Origin: Octopus bimaculoides
Taxonomy: Eukaryota
DNA length: 64,000 nt
NCBI RefSeq assembly: GCF_001194135.2
Contig: NC_068983.1
Location: 115,411,891-115,475,890 of the forward strand
Direction: 5' to 3'
Shown: piece by piece, positions 38,295 through 49,322 of the stretch
How the letters are laid out: every line of letters starts with the position of its first letter
Numbering within the stretch: position 1 is the first letter of the stretch
Notes under the pieces: model-generated
What the model was told of the DNA's origin: nothing
The model's database searches: none
Seen by the model: only the letters and a program-made list of their open reading frames with translations
Program-made: the position numbers and the translations under genes

Positions 38295-41200
38295 TGATTA
38301 TCCATGAGTGTTCAAATTTCCCATTTACACTAATTCGGCCTCTTCTGGTTTGTTGATTTATTTTAAGTGCTTGAGTTTCTCTTACTTTAAGTTAGACATA
38401 TAGTCCTTCTTAAATATTTCTTCCTATACAAACCTAATATAAAAAAAATTTACGAATTCCTCAATAAGAAATATATTTTTGATATTAGTTAATGCCCTTT
38501 TTATTTAACCTCAACAGTAACACATATCAGCTTTAAGACCTATGCAACTAATTATTTAACTTAATTCTTACTTATTTATTATGCGATAATATACACTGTG
38601 GGTCTTTTAGCTGAGCAATACTACGGTGAAGTGTTTTTTAACTGGTTGACTAAATATCAACTCCTCGATAATGAACCAAATAAATTGGTTTCTTTGTTTA
38701 TTTTCGAGAGTTATAAATTGTAAGCTAATAGCTAGCATTTAAATATTAAGATTGAACCTTAGCTCGTAGCCATTGGATAAAACAGTTTCCTCTTATTCAT
38801 TCGTTATAAGTTATTTTTAAATAGCTATATATTCTTTTGTAACTGATCGACTGTGATTTTTACCTTATTATGCAAGATTTATATAAGAGGATTTTGTTTC
38901 TTCTCACAGGTTATAAACTTTTAGATTGCTAACTAGCATTATCCAACGAGTTACAGTTTAATATTAATCCACAAAACAGTTTCTTTCTACGTTTTCATCG
39001 TAAATTCTAAACAAACGATTTATACATTGTTTTATTGACTGATCAATATAAATATGAAAATAATATCTTAAGGTTAAGTAACATATTCTGTATAATCATC
39101 ATAACTGTATCATTCATCTTCAAAATTTTCCATTTGTAATATAAATTTATTCGAATAATCCTCTTTCTTATTTGTTTATCGTGGAGGCGCAATGGCCCAG
39201 TGGTTAGGGCAGCGGACTCGCGGTCATAGGATCGCGGTTTCGATTCCCTGACCGGGCGTTGTGAGTGTTTATTGAGCGAAAACACCTAAAGCTCCACGAG
39301 GCTCCGGCAGGGGGTGGTGGCGAACCCTGTTGTACTCTTTTACCACAACTTTCTCTCACTCTTTCTTCCTGTTTCTGCTGTACCTGTAATTCAAAGAGCC
39401 AGCCTTGTCACACTGTGTCACGCTGAATATGCTCGAGAACTACGTTAAGGGTACACGTGTCTGTGGAGTGCTCAGCCACATGCACGTTAATTTCACGAGC
39501 TGGTTGTTCCGTTGATCTGATCAACTGGAACCCTCGACGTCGTAAGCGACGGAGTGACAACAACATATTTGTTTATCAAATCAGATTCTCTCTTAAGTAC
39601 CTCTAATCGTTAATCTTATCATCATCAAGATAATTATTTGTCTTACAGAGATTTTGTAACCTTCCACAACTTTCGTTAAGGCGGTATATTCCGGTTTAGT
39701 TTTGTTTTTATATTGCTTTGTTCTTACTGTTAACTTTGATCAGTACAAATATGATGTTAATCGTTGATATAAGCATATTCCGACCGCCGACATTATGTGA
39801 AGTTACATGGAAACAGCTTGTGATAATGAGAATGTCTTGAATAATAGAATGTACGCACTACATGTTTTGTTTTGAATTATTTGGTCTTCTTGACTTTTTG
39901 ACCGAGAATATTACAGGATAGAGGGTGTGTGTATGTATGTATGTATGTATGTATGTCTAAATAGACAGACAGACAGACAGACGGGCGGATGGATGGATGG
40001 ATGAATGAATTGATGGATAGGTGGGTGGATGCATGCATGCATGTCTACAAACATTTTGTTTGTGTGTATCTATTTTTTACCTATTTATATGCCTATCTAT
40101 CTACCTACCTACTTACCTATGTATATATAAGTATGTATCTATCTATATCTATCTATAAGTATGTATCTACCAATTTACCAATATAGGTATGTAGCTATCT
40201 ATTTACCAATCTATCTACCTACCTACTTACCTAAGTACACCACCACCACCACCACCACCCACACACACATTCTTGTCATGTTGTTGACCAAAGAATTGAG
40301 AAAACTAAAGAATTCAAAACATAAAACACATAGTGCGTATCTTCTGTTATTCAAGGTATTCATAATATGGCAAGCTGTTTCCATGTAACTTCACATAATG
40401 TCGGCGGTCGGAATATGCTTATATTAACAATTAACATAATTTGATACAGATCAAAGGTACTTGTTAGAAAAGAGCAATATAAAAACAAAACCGAAACGGA
40501 ATATATCGCCTTAATAAAAGTTGTAGAATGTTATTTTTAAAAAAATCTTTAAGACAAATAATTAGCTGATGATAGGATTAACGGTCAGAGGTACTTAAGA
40601 GGGTATCTTAGAATCAACGAATTTGATTGACAAATGGGAAGAGGTACGATTGAAATAAATTCATGTTATAAACATTTTGGAGATGAAAGATATAGTTCTG
40701 ATACATAAAAGAATATATTTCCTAACCTTAAAAATTTGTTTTCTTAACTATATTGACAATAAAACAATATGTAATCCATTTGTTCCGAACTTATGATGAA
40801 AGTGTAGAAGGAAACTGCTTTGTAGATTAATATTAAACTGCAACTCGTGGCATAACGCTAGTTATTAAGCTAAAAGTTTATAACCTACAAAAAGAAACAG
40901 AAGCCTCTTATACAATTCGTTGAGTAATCACTCAGAAATCACAGTCGTTCAGCTATAGAATAATACATATAAAGCTATTATTTAAATCTTGTGTCGAAAA
41001 AGTAAAAAGAAACTTTTATGCATTATGATTACGCATTATAGCTACGAGCTAGTTCAGTCTTAATATCTAAATGCTAGCTAATAGCTAACAGTTGATAACT
41101 AACGAAAATAAACAGAAACAAATTGTATTATTCTTTACAAAGTAATTGATGATGTCAGATATTTCGTGGAAATAAAAACAAATATCGCTACAATAAAGAA

Positions 41201-42195
41201 AACTGAAATATTTTTGGCAAAATAATTCATACGAAAAACAAAACCATTTATAAAAATATATAGTAAACATATTTTAAAGAAAGCAGACCACCAAATCATT
41301 GCACTTCGATCTTAGAATTGTTAATATACATTTCGCTTGATAGACTAGTTAAAAGCCAACTATATTTAAAATAGTGAGGATAATGTTTGTAGTATTTAGT
41401 CTCGCTATAGTTTGATGATATCAAAAACAAAATCAATAATTGATAAAAATATAGTAAAAAACGAACTTCTTAATTCTTAATGTGTGAAAGAAATTATTAA
41501 TGATATTTAGTGGTTAAAGAAATAAGATTTTGTCGATCCACTAAGTAAGCATAGTATATTTCAGTTCTTTCTCATTAATTTACAATGAATCTGTGGAAGA
41601 TCCATTGTTTTATATGTATTTAACTTATGAAATATTGTCTTACTTGTTTATCTATAAATTCTAAGAGTGAAACTACCTTTAATAATTAGTTAATCAGTTG
41701 AAAAATCTTCAAGTCCATCGTAGAATAAATCACCTACGTAAAAACAAGCAAATGAAGTATATTTTCTATAAACATTTAGAAATTTAAGAAAACGTAAAAA
41801 CCGAAAACAAACCATTCTCTCAAGTACTTAGGTAACTAGTTTTAAAAAACCCATCTATTCTCAGCGAAGTATTGATCAGCTAAAAAACTGCAATATATAT
41901 TATTTCATATTGAATGGGTAAGAATTAAAGAGCAGAATTAATCTTCAAGGCCGGTTACTGGTATGACTTACAGTTGAAGTTAAATGCAATAAAACAATAT
42001 TAATTGATATCAGAGATATATTTCTTGTGGAGGAAGTCGTAAAATTTTCATATTAGGTTTGTATAAGAAGAAATATTTAAGAAGGGTCATATGTCCTACT
42101 TAAAGTAAGGGAAACTAAGGAATTTAGAATAAATCAACAAATCAGAAGAGACCAAACTTAATATAAATGTGAATTTTGAACAATCTTATCGATAA
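38295..42195. repeat. ~3.9-kb inverted duplication (arms 38295-39930 and 40262-42195) with a microsatellite spacer
   Basis: Collinear reverse-complement matches along both arms, e.g. 39767-39820 with 40371-40424, 38910-39050 with 40740-40900, and 38400-38440 with 42050-42090. Confidence 0.88.
39181..39565 (+). mobile_element. SINE family C with 12-bp TSD TATTTGTTTATC
   Basis: TSD at 39169-39180 and 39566-39577. The matching site in the right arm is empty. Confidence 0.93.
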
Positions 42196-42197
42196 TC

Positions 42198-42312
42198 AGG
42201 CGTGGATGTGTAGTAGGAAGTTTACTTCCCAACCACATGGTTCTGGGTTCAGTCCTACTGCGTGACCGACCAAACCCCTGTGAATGAATTTAGTAAACTG
42301 AAAGAAGCCCAT

Positions 42313-42343
<31 letters not shown>

Positions 42344-43750
42344 GTATCATTCGGAGAGACGTGAGGCCGTCAGCATTTGACACCTTATACTTTTCAGTTT
42401 TGTAAGTATATCATTCCCTTGCCAATGGCTCGCCAATTGACGTTAGAGCAGCCGTTGAAAAATTGCCACCCTGCAAGAAGTTTTTCAGTCCCCTACTGCA
42501 GTTCAGCGCAAGTTTGAGGTACATGGCTGTTACACTGCTCCAATGCGTAGCACAATTTATGCTATCCATAACAAGTTTCTCGAAACGGGATCTGTTCTTG
42601 ACAAGCCACGCAGCAGAAAGCCTGCTACTACCAACACTGATGAAAACACCGAACTCCTGGAGGAGGCGTTGGCGAAAAGCCAGAGGAAGTCCATCCGGGG
42701 TGGGGGGCTGCACTGGAACTTAGCATCAACAAAAGCTCGACCTCAGGTTGTTCAAAAGCTTCAAGAGGAAGATTATGATGCTCGTTTGGAAATGTGTGAA
42801 TCACTCCTCCGCCATTACCAAAACGACTCTCAGCTTTTGGAAAACTTATGGTTCAGCGATGTGTCTATCTTTCATCTCTCTGGTCGAGTAAGCCGACACA
42901 ATTGTCGAATTTGGGGAAAATCAAAGCCAACAGAAATTCTCGAACATGAACGATACTCTCTGAAGCTGGTAGTATGATGCTCCCTGGGCTGATTGGACCA
43001 TTTTTCTTCCGTAATGCATCCGGTAACCCGACCACCGTTACAGGGAAAAATTACCTGGTGATGCTGCAGTAGTTTACTGTGGCACAACTTCAGGTGAGGA
43101 GTGATCTTTCTAATGTCCTTTTTCAACAAAACAGAATCCCTCCCCACTTTGCCAGGTTAACGAGAGATTTCTTGAACATCAAGTTTCCTGACCGATGGAT
43201 CGGTCGAAGGGTCCTCTGGAATGGGTTCCGCTCTCCCTTGACCTCACACCTTGTGACTTTTTTTCTGTGAGGCTACATCAAAAACAAGATTTATGCTACT
43301 AAGCCTTGTGACCTGTTAGAGTTTGAAGAAAGAATCTGCAAGGCCTGCGGAGAAGCCAGGAAGTGATGCTGCCAAATGTCGGAGAGGCCTGCTTCCGAAG
43401 GTGGCTGAATGTTGTCAAAAATGGAGGCGCTCATGTGGGGGTATACAGCTAGCCCTCAAAGCGGTGGAACGTGACGGTAAGTCTAACAAGTAAAACTCAG
43501 TTTCTTGTGGAATTTTTAGGAATTTATTAAGTGTATAGTGATTTTGAGGACTTACAAGTGTATAGTAACTTTTTGTATATTTGTGTGCATTTGTGTTTGT
43601 GTTTGTCCCTCCACCACCGCTTGTCACCCGGTGTTAATGTGTTTGCATTTCTGTAAATCAGTGGTTCGATAAAGAATCCGATAGAATAAGAACCAGGTTT
43701 TAAAAAACAAATACTGGAGTCGATTCATTCGAATAAAATTCTTCAAGAGA
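42198..43750 (+). mobile_element. SINE family A split by a nested transposon (head 42198-42311, tail ~43575-43750)
   Basis: The head ends GAAAGAAGCCC plus (TA)n; the tail resumes TGTGTTTGTCCCTCCACCACCGCTTG. Confidence 0.8.
42341..43570 (+). mobile_element. Tc1/mariner DD41D (rosa-like) transposon, decayed
   Basis: KFLETGSV, LWFSDVSIFHLSGRVSRHNCRIWG, IGPFFF, FQQN(R) and RWIGRR.PLEW..SLDLTPCDFFL*G. 41 residues separate catalytic positions 2 and 3 after correcting one frameshift. Right TIR not recognised. Confidence 0.85.
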
Positions 43751-43769
43751 AATTACCTCTTTCGCCTCA

Positions 43770-44115
43770 CTTCCACCCTCTGCCACTAATTGCATTGTAA
43801 CCATACCCTGTACCTCCATCTACTTCGTCCCCAAAATTCGCAAACAAAACAACTCCAGCCACCTTCAGCGTATCTTGACGAAATACTATCACCACTTGTC
43901 GTCGCCCTAAACCTCTTCAACTCGTTCTTTTTCCGCCCGGGCGGTCCAAATGCATTTTCACCACAGACATTAAATAACTCTACACAGTTATATCCCACAA
44001 TGACAGCCTGTCACCCTTTAACCACATACTGGACGGTCGACTCTAACAAAAGTCCATCCCTTAGCCGAATTCGGCTTAATAACTTTCTTTTCTCTGGAGA
44101 ATTTCAACAGAGTCG
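43770..44115 (+). mobile_element. Penelope-like RT N-terminal fragment
   Basis: TSIYFVPKIRK, SAYLDEILSPLV and FTTDIK*LYTVI match PLE RT motifs (YFLPKIHK; FTMDITSLYT). Confidence 0.75.
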
Positions 44116-44299
44116 CTAGGGAAACAATCATAAATAGAGTTCACTTGCCTATGATACTCAAATACGTTGATCACAACAGTCATTCATCTTGCAGTTGGCC
44201 CAAACTATTTTTTTTCTGTTCCGGCCACTTTTGTTGCTGCTAAACTCCCAGATCTGTGATGGTTGAACAGAACTATAGCAAAGGGTTTTCAAGCAAGGT

Positions 44300-45999
44300 C
44301 GTCTTATCGCTCTTTTTATCTAATTATTAGCTAACAAAAACTTGTGAAAATAATAATAGAAGTATATTTTATGTAATTCTTTACAATTATGTTGGAAAAC
44401 AGTTTATAGCAGAGACTCCAGCAAATAAGATCTGAAGAAGGAATTGTAATTCCGAAATATCATCGGACTATAGATAACCAAGTTACAACAGGTATATAGT
44501 CCATTTTTTTGTTCTATAGTGCATTGTTATACCATTCTAAACTTTTTATTCTTTACAAACAATACACAATGCTTCAAGCGAACTACAATACTCTCTTAAT
44601 TATGTTAGAGTTTCGTGGAAATAAACAGGGCAAATTGCTTAACTGAAATCGCTATAACAGAGTACAGATTTTGTTGATGTTTATTACATCAACTAAAGAA
44701 ATTTGCTTAGACACGTTTAGTCTTTTACTCATTTCAGTCATATGACTGCGGCCATGTTGGAGCACCGCCTTGAAGGGTTACCAATGAATTCTACCCTAGT
44801 ATTCTCTTTGATACTTATTTATCGACCTCTTTTACTGAAACGCTAGATTACAGGGACATAAACAAACCCACACCAGTTGCCAAACAGTGAGGAGAATGCA
44901 AAGACAGGTACACATACACTTATGCATACGTCAGGCTTCCACACATTCTCTTTCTATCAAGTTCACTCACAAAACATTAGTCGCACAGGGTGCTTGCCCA
45001 AGGTGCCGGGCAGTGGGACTGAACCCGGAACTACATAATTGCCAAGCGATCTTCTTATCCACCTTTCGTCTACGCTCGTTTTAGTGAAAATGTTTTATGG
45101 AAAAGAGCTCACTGTTTCATTGCACATCGATATTAGAAATTTTGAAATATTTATATATATATATATATATATATNNNNNNNNNNNNNNNNNNNNNNNNNN
45201 NNNNNNNNNNNNNNNNNNNNNNNNNNNNNNNNNNNNNNNNNNNNNNNNNNNNNNNNNNNNNNNNNNNNNNNNNNNNNNNNNNNNNNNNNNNNNNNNNNNN
45301 NNNNNNNNNNNNNNNNNNNNNNNNNNNNNNNNNNNNNNNNNNNNNNNNNNNNNNNNNNNNNNNNNNNNNNNNNNNNNNNNNNNNNNNNNNNNNNNNNNNN
45401 NNNNNNNNNNNNNNNNNNNNNNNNNNNNNNNNNNNNNNNNNNNNNNNNNNNNNNNNNNNNNNNNNNNNNNNNNNNNNNNNNNNNNNNNNNNNNNNNNNNN
45501 NNNNNNNNNNNNNNNNNNNNNNNNNNNNNNNNNNNNNNNNNNNNNNNNNNNNNNNNNNNNNNNNNNNNNNNNNNNNNNNNNNNNNNNNNNNNNNNNNNNN
45601 NNNNNNNNNNNNNNNNNNNNNNNNNNNNNNNNNNNNNNNNNNNNNNNNNNNNNNNNNNNNNNNNNNNNTGTGTGTGTGTGTGTGTATGCATGTAGATAGT
45701 TAGATAGGTAGATAGATAGATAGATAGATAGATAGACAGACAGATAGATATCACTTACTTGAGAGAAAACAAAGTAAAAACAGACTATACTAGGAACAGG
45801 TAATATAGGATTTAGTGTATATAGAATTTAGTACCAATATATTTTGACGATTTCGAAATCAAAATCAATAACTGAATATATTATAATCGAAACAAATTCC
45901 GTAAATTTTCTAAGTACACGAGATAAAAATTCTTAATGAGATTTGGAAGCCATAGAAGTAACATTAAGTTGATTCAATAAATAAGCATAGTATATTCAG
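44300..45999 (+). repeat. Local AT-rich repeat family, further copy (interrupted by a SINE A and a gap)
   Basis: 44600-44650 resembles 35790-35830 and 41160. 45765-45999 resembles 36180-36400 and 41350-41560 (AAATCAAAATCAATAACT; AAGCATAGTATATT). Confidence 0.6.
44718..45050 (-). mobile_element. SINE family A, reverse
   Basis: TTTTACTCATTTCAGTCATATGACTGCGGCCATG..TTGCCCAAGGTGCCGGGCAGTGGGACTGAACCCGGAAC. Confidence 0.8.
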
Positions 46000-46499
46000 A
46001 ATGAGACAGTTGGGCGCGGTTTTTGGCGATCTGCGGACATGGAACCGGTGTTGGTGACAGTACCCTTTGGCACTGGAGGTAAACCCGCACAAAAACATGT
46101 ACACCTGCCCAAAAATATACATATATCGATAGAAAGAGTGAAGGAGAAGAAGAGAGACACACAGAGAGATTTTACAATTCATTAATAGTAGCGTTAGTAT
46201 CTGTTGTTGCTGTCTTTTATTGCAGTAAATCTTTGGTGACGTTCAGCAACGTTTTGCTTGAAAATTAAAAAAAATAGAAAACAATGCTTTGAACACGATA
46301 ACTGAGCAAATGTCTGAATGCATTTATCCTAGCAGTTGAATAGCCGAGACACATTTGACATTCAAATGTCACAGAAGTGATAGATATGAATAATATATTA
46401 TACAAGAGTTTTCATTTAAGCATAATAAATATTCAAAGCTTGTTTGCTTGTATTTAATATTGCAGACATTTTATCTATCTATCAATCAAATAAATTTTT

Positions 46500-46507
46500 C
46501 TTTTTCT

Positions 46508-46547
<40 letters not shown>

Positions 46548-46548
46548 T

Positions 46549-46583
<35 letters not shown>

Positions 46584-46754
46584 GTCTTTCTCTCTCTGTC
46601 TTTCTCTCTCTCTCTCTGTCTTTCTCTCTCTGTCTTTCTCTCTCTCTCTTTCTTTCTCTCTCTCTCTCTGAGTTTTAGCTGCATTTGCATTATGAACAAA
46701 TTACCTGTAATTGTGAATTTTCTGATTAGTAACAAGGTTACCAATCTTTCTCCT

Positions 46755-46829
<75 letters not shown>

Positions 46830-46850
46830 TCTTTCTCACCCTCTCTTTCT
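46500..46850. repeat. (CT)n / (CTAT)n microsatellites
   Basis: Seen directly in the sequence. Confidence 0.95.
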
Positions 46851-47059
46851 GTTAGTTTTTATATACATATATTTAGATAGAAATTAAGAGAAGGAATAAT
46901 TGCCATCCCTGTCTTTATACAGCATTCATTATGAATTCAATTGCTCAATTACTTTTCTATGTCTTCGAAACGTCCATTTCTATACGAACCAATATTTTTC
47001 ACCGTTCTTACTTTATATTATTTGTAGGTCATTCATCTGGCTCTTTACGTTCTGTTTTC

Positions 47060-47420
47060 AAATGCTATCGAGGTCAACTTTGCCTTCCATCTCTACGAAA
47101 TCAATAAAATTAACTACCAACCAAGAACAGAGGCCGAAAGCCAACCCCTTTCCCCAAACCTTGTGGGCTTTGTACCCAAATTAGAAACCATTATCTGTAG
47201 ATCGCAGAAGTGATTAATTGGGAGAATCGTTACAGTGTTGGATAAAATGCCATACAGTATATATTACAGCACTTTGCATTCTGAGTTCAAACCCAATCAT
47301 GATCAACTTTACTTTTAATCCTTCTTTGATCTAAGAGTAAGTACCAATCAAGCACTTGAAGTCGATGTAATCGACTAAACCTTCCTCCTGTCAAATTACC
47401 AACCTTGAGCATATGTTAGA
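47060..47420 (+). mobile_element. Two diverged SINE family B fragments
   Basis: GAGGTCAACTTTGCCTTCCATC.. and TTCTGAGTTCAAA..GTCGATGTAATCGACT. Confidence 0.65.
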
Positions 47421-47659
47421 AACAATTATCTGTAAACCACACTTTCTATAACATCCAGAAGCTGATCTTCGATCTCTTATTTCTGATTTAGTTCAGCAAA
47501 CTGCTACTTCAAGATCAGCCCAAAGGGTGGAGTCTATACATATACATTTTTCTATCATATATATATATATATATATATATGTCTCTTAGTCTAAACTGTA
47601 TATTACAATTGTAAACAATTCGTCTGGCAATAAGTGCATAGACATAAAAAGAGGGAAAG

Positions 47660-47703
47660 GTTGTTTGTACATTTCCAAACATTTTTGAGTCTTCGTCAGC
47701 AAC
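47660..47703 (-). ncRNA. Degenerate minimal type I hammerhead-like relic
   Basis: GUUG CUGACGA A GACUCAAAAAUGUUUG GAAA UGUACA A A CAAC. Cores intact and stem I GUUG/CAAC, but U16.1 is A and stem II is poor. Confidence 0.4.
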
Positions 47704-48050
47704 TGTATAAAATCTTTAAAAGGTAGTACATTGAATCAAGCAAAACAATTACCAAACAAAAACAATGTTGATAGATGCACAGGCAAACAAATGACAAAAA
47801 TGGGGAGAAAAGTGAAACATGATAGAGAACATATTTGATTACAACAACCACAACGATATGAATGCATGTACGGCTTCAAACAGATCTAGTAATAATCTTT
47901 TACAGACTTTCTTTTGGACAAAAAGCTAAATATGGAGTTGTACTTGGGAATGGTCATATTGCCAGTTTAGCCAATAAAAACACACGCACTGTATATTTGG
48001 TGTTAATTTGCTCCAGCTTTATATTACATTACATTATATTAATCCTATTT

Positions 48051-48096
48051 CGGCCAGAGTTCTTTCGTCACACTTCTGTGACCTCATCAGTGGTCC
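48051..48096 (-). ncRNA. Minimal type I hammerhead ribozyme motif
   Basis: GGACCA CUGAUGA G GUCAC AGAAGU GUGAC GAAA GAAC UC^UGGCC. Perfect 5-bp stem II and stem I 3 bp + mismatch + 1 bp. Confidence 0.65.
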
Positions 48097-49130
48097 TTTG
48101 CTTTCTTCTTTCTTATGTGTATCCCACCTTGCTAACTATCAGCCATTTTGTATATAAATATGGAGCATTTTACTGAAAAGATTAAAACTTGACAGCATTT
48201 TGTTCACAAGACAGGCTCCGCCCTATCAGAATTTATTGTAGAAGAACACAAGGCCACGAAAGTTGTCTTTGTTCTATTCAAGCTAAAGTTGAAGACAGCC
48301 TTGTCAGACACTTTAAATTGAATCTCCTTTACTGGGAAAGAGAGGGCTTATGGTAATATACGAGTCAGTTTTAAAACAGAGAACGGAGTTAAAACGCAGC
48401 TCAGTCTAAATCGTACGTAACACATACTCATCAGTCTTCCTCACAGTATTTGGGAAGGAGGAGCACAAGGATCACCATAGGGAGATCGGTTGTAAGTACA
48501 AACGTACGCCAATATCTCGATTAACGAACTTAATATGTTNNNNNNNNNNTATGCAAAGAAATGTTTTCTTATTTACATTATTTACAATTGACGGTTATTT
48601 GTTAACACAATGTTTCGGCTTCTCTTTACACTGTAAAGATGGTGGGAGTTGAAGTTGAGGTATCGTCCAGTGAAGGTCGGCTTGTAATATACGGATGTCC
48701 TGAATCCATACTTGGTGCGTGTTTTTAATACGTCCAAGAATGCTGATTGTCTTTTTCCTTTTCCATTGTGAACTGTATGGATGGCTTTATTGAGTTCATA
48801 TGATCTAACATCACTTGGACATTTTCCTGGTGGGGCCACAGTATGAAGGTGTCATCAACATATCGCAGCCATAGGGTTGGTTTTAGTGGTATTGATCCTA
48901 AAGCCAAATTCTCAAAGTATTTCATGTGGGAAGAAGTTAAAATAATAGACAGAGAACACCACTGGAAAATACGAAAACTAAAAGAAGCAGCACATATGCT
49001 AGGACACAACAATCTCCTAAGCAGACCGAGTGCAGATATGAATAGCATATGGGAACCGGTATTAAGGAAGGATAGGAGCATATTAGATTTATAAGCCCTA
49101 AAAGTCACTCCATAATTGCCTACGGGTATA

Positions 49131-49184
49131 TGGTGTAGTGGTTAAGAGCGCGGGCTATTAACCCCAAGATTCCGAGTTCAATCC
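49131..49184 (+). promoter_or_regulatory. tRNA-like Pol III type-2 promoter (A and B boxes)
   Basis: A box TGGTGTAGTGG at 49131-49141 and B box GAGTTCAATCC at 49174-49184, with partial anticodon-arm and T-arm pairing. Confidence 0.7.
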
Positions 49185-49276
49185 CTGGCAGAGACCTGAA
49201 TAATAATAATAATAATAATAACAGCAACATCGAAAAATACCTAAGGAATGAGAACCCAGGTTCGAAATTTCCCCGA

Positions 49277-49322
49277 GATACCTGATGAAGATTGGAGGGT
49301 ATATCAGCCGAAACGTTGTGTT
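49277..49322 (+). ncRNA. Minimal type I hammerhead ribozyme motif (dimer type)
   Basis: GAUAC CUGAUGA A GAUUG GAGGGUAUAU CAGCC GAAA CG UU^GUGUU. Stem I GAUAC/GUGUU, palindromic AACGUU at stem III, one mismatch and one wobble in stem II. Confidence 0.75.

Noticed and set aside
38910-38932. Strong acceptor TTTTGTTTCTTCTCACAG suggesting a terminal exon (YKLLDC*)
   Set aside because: It lies in the left arm of the inverted duplication and the counterpart lacks the site; all frames close within 30 nt.
48405-48440. CUGAUGA plus hairpin on the minus strand
   Set aside because: It is followed by GAUU rather than GAAA and has no stem I partner.
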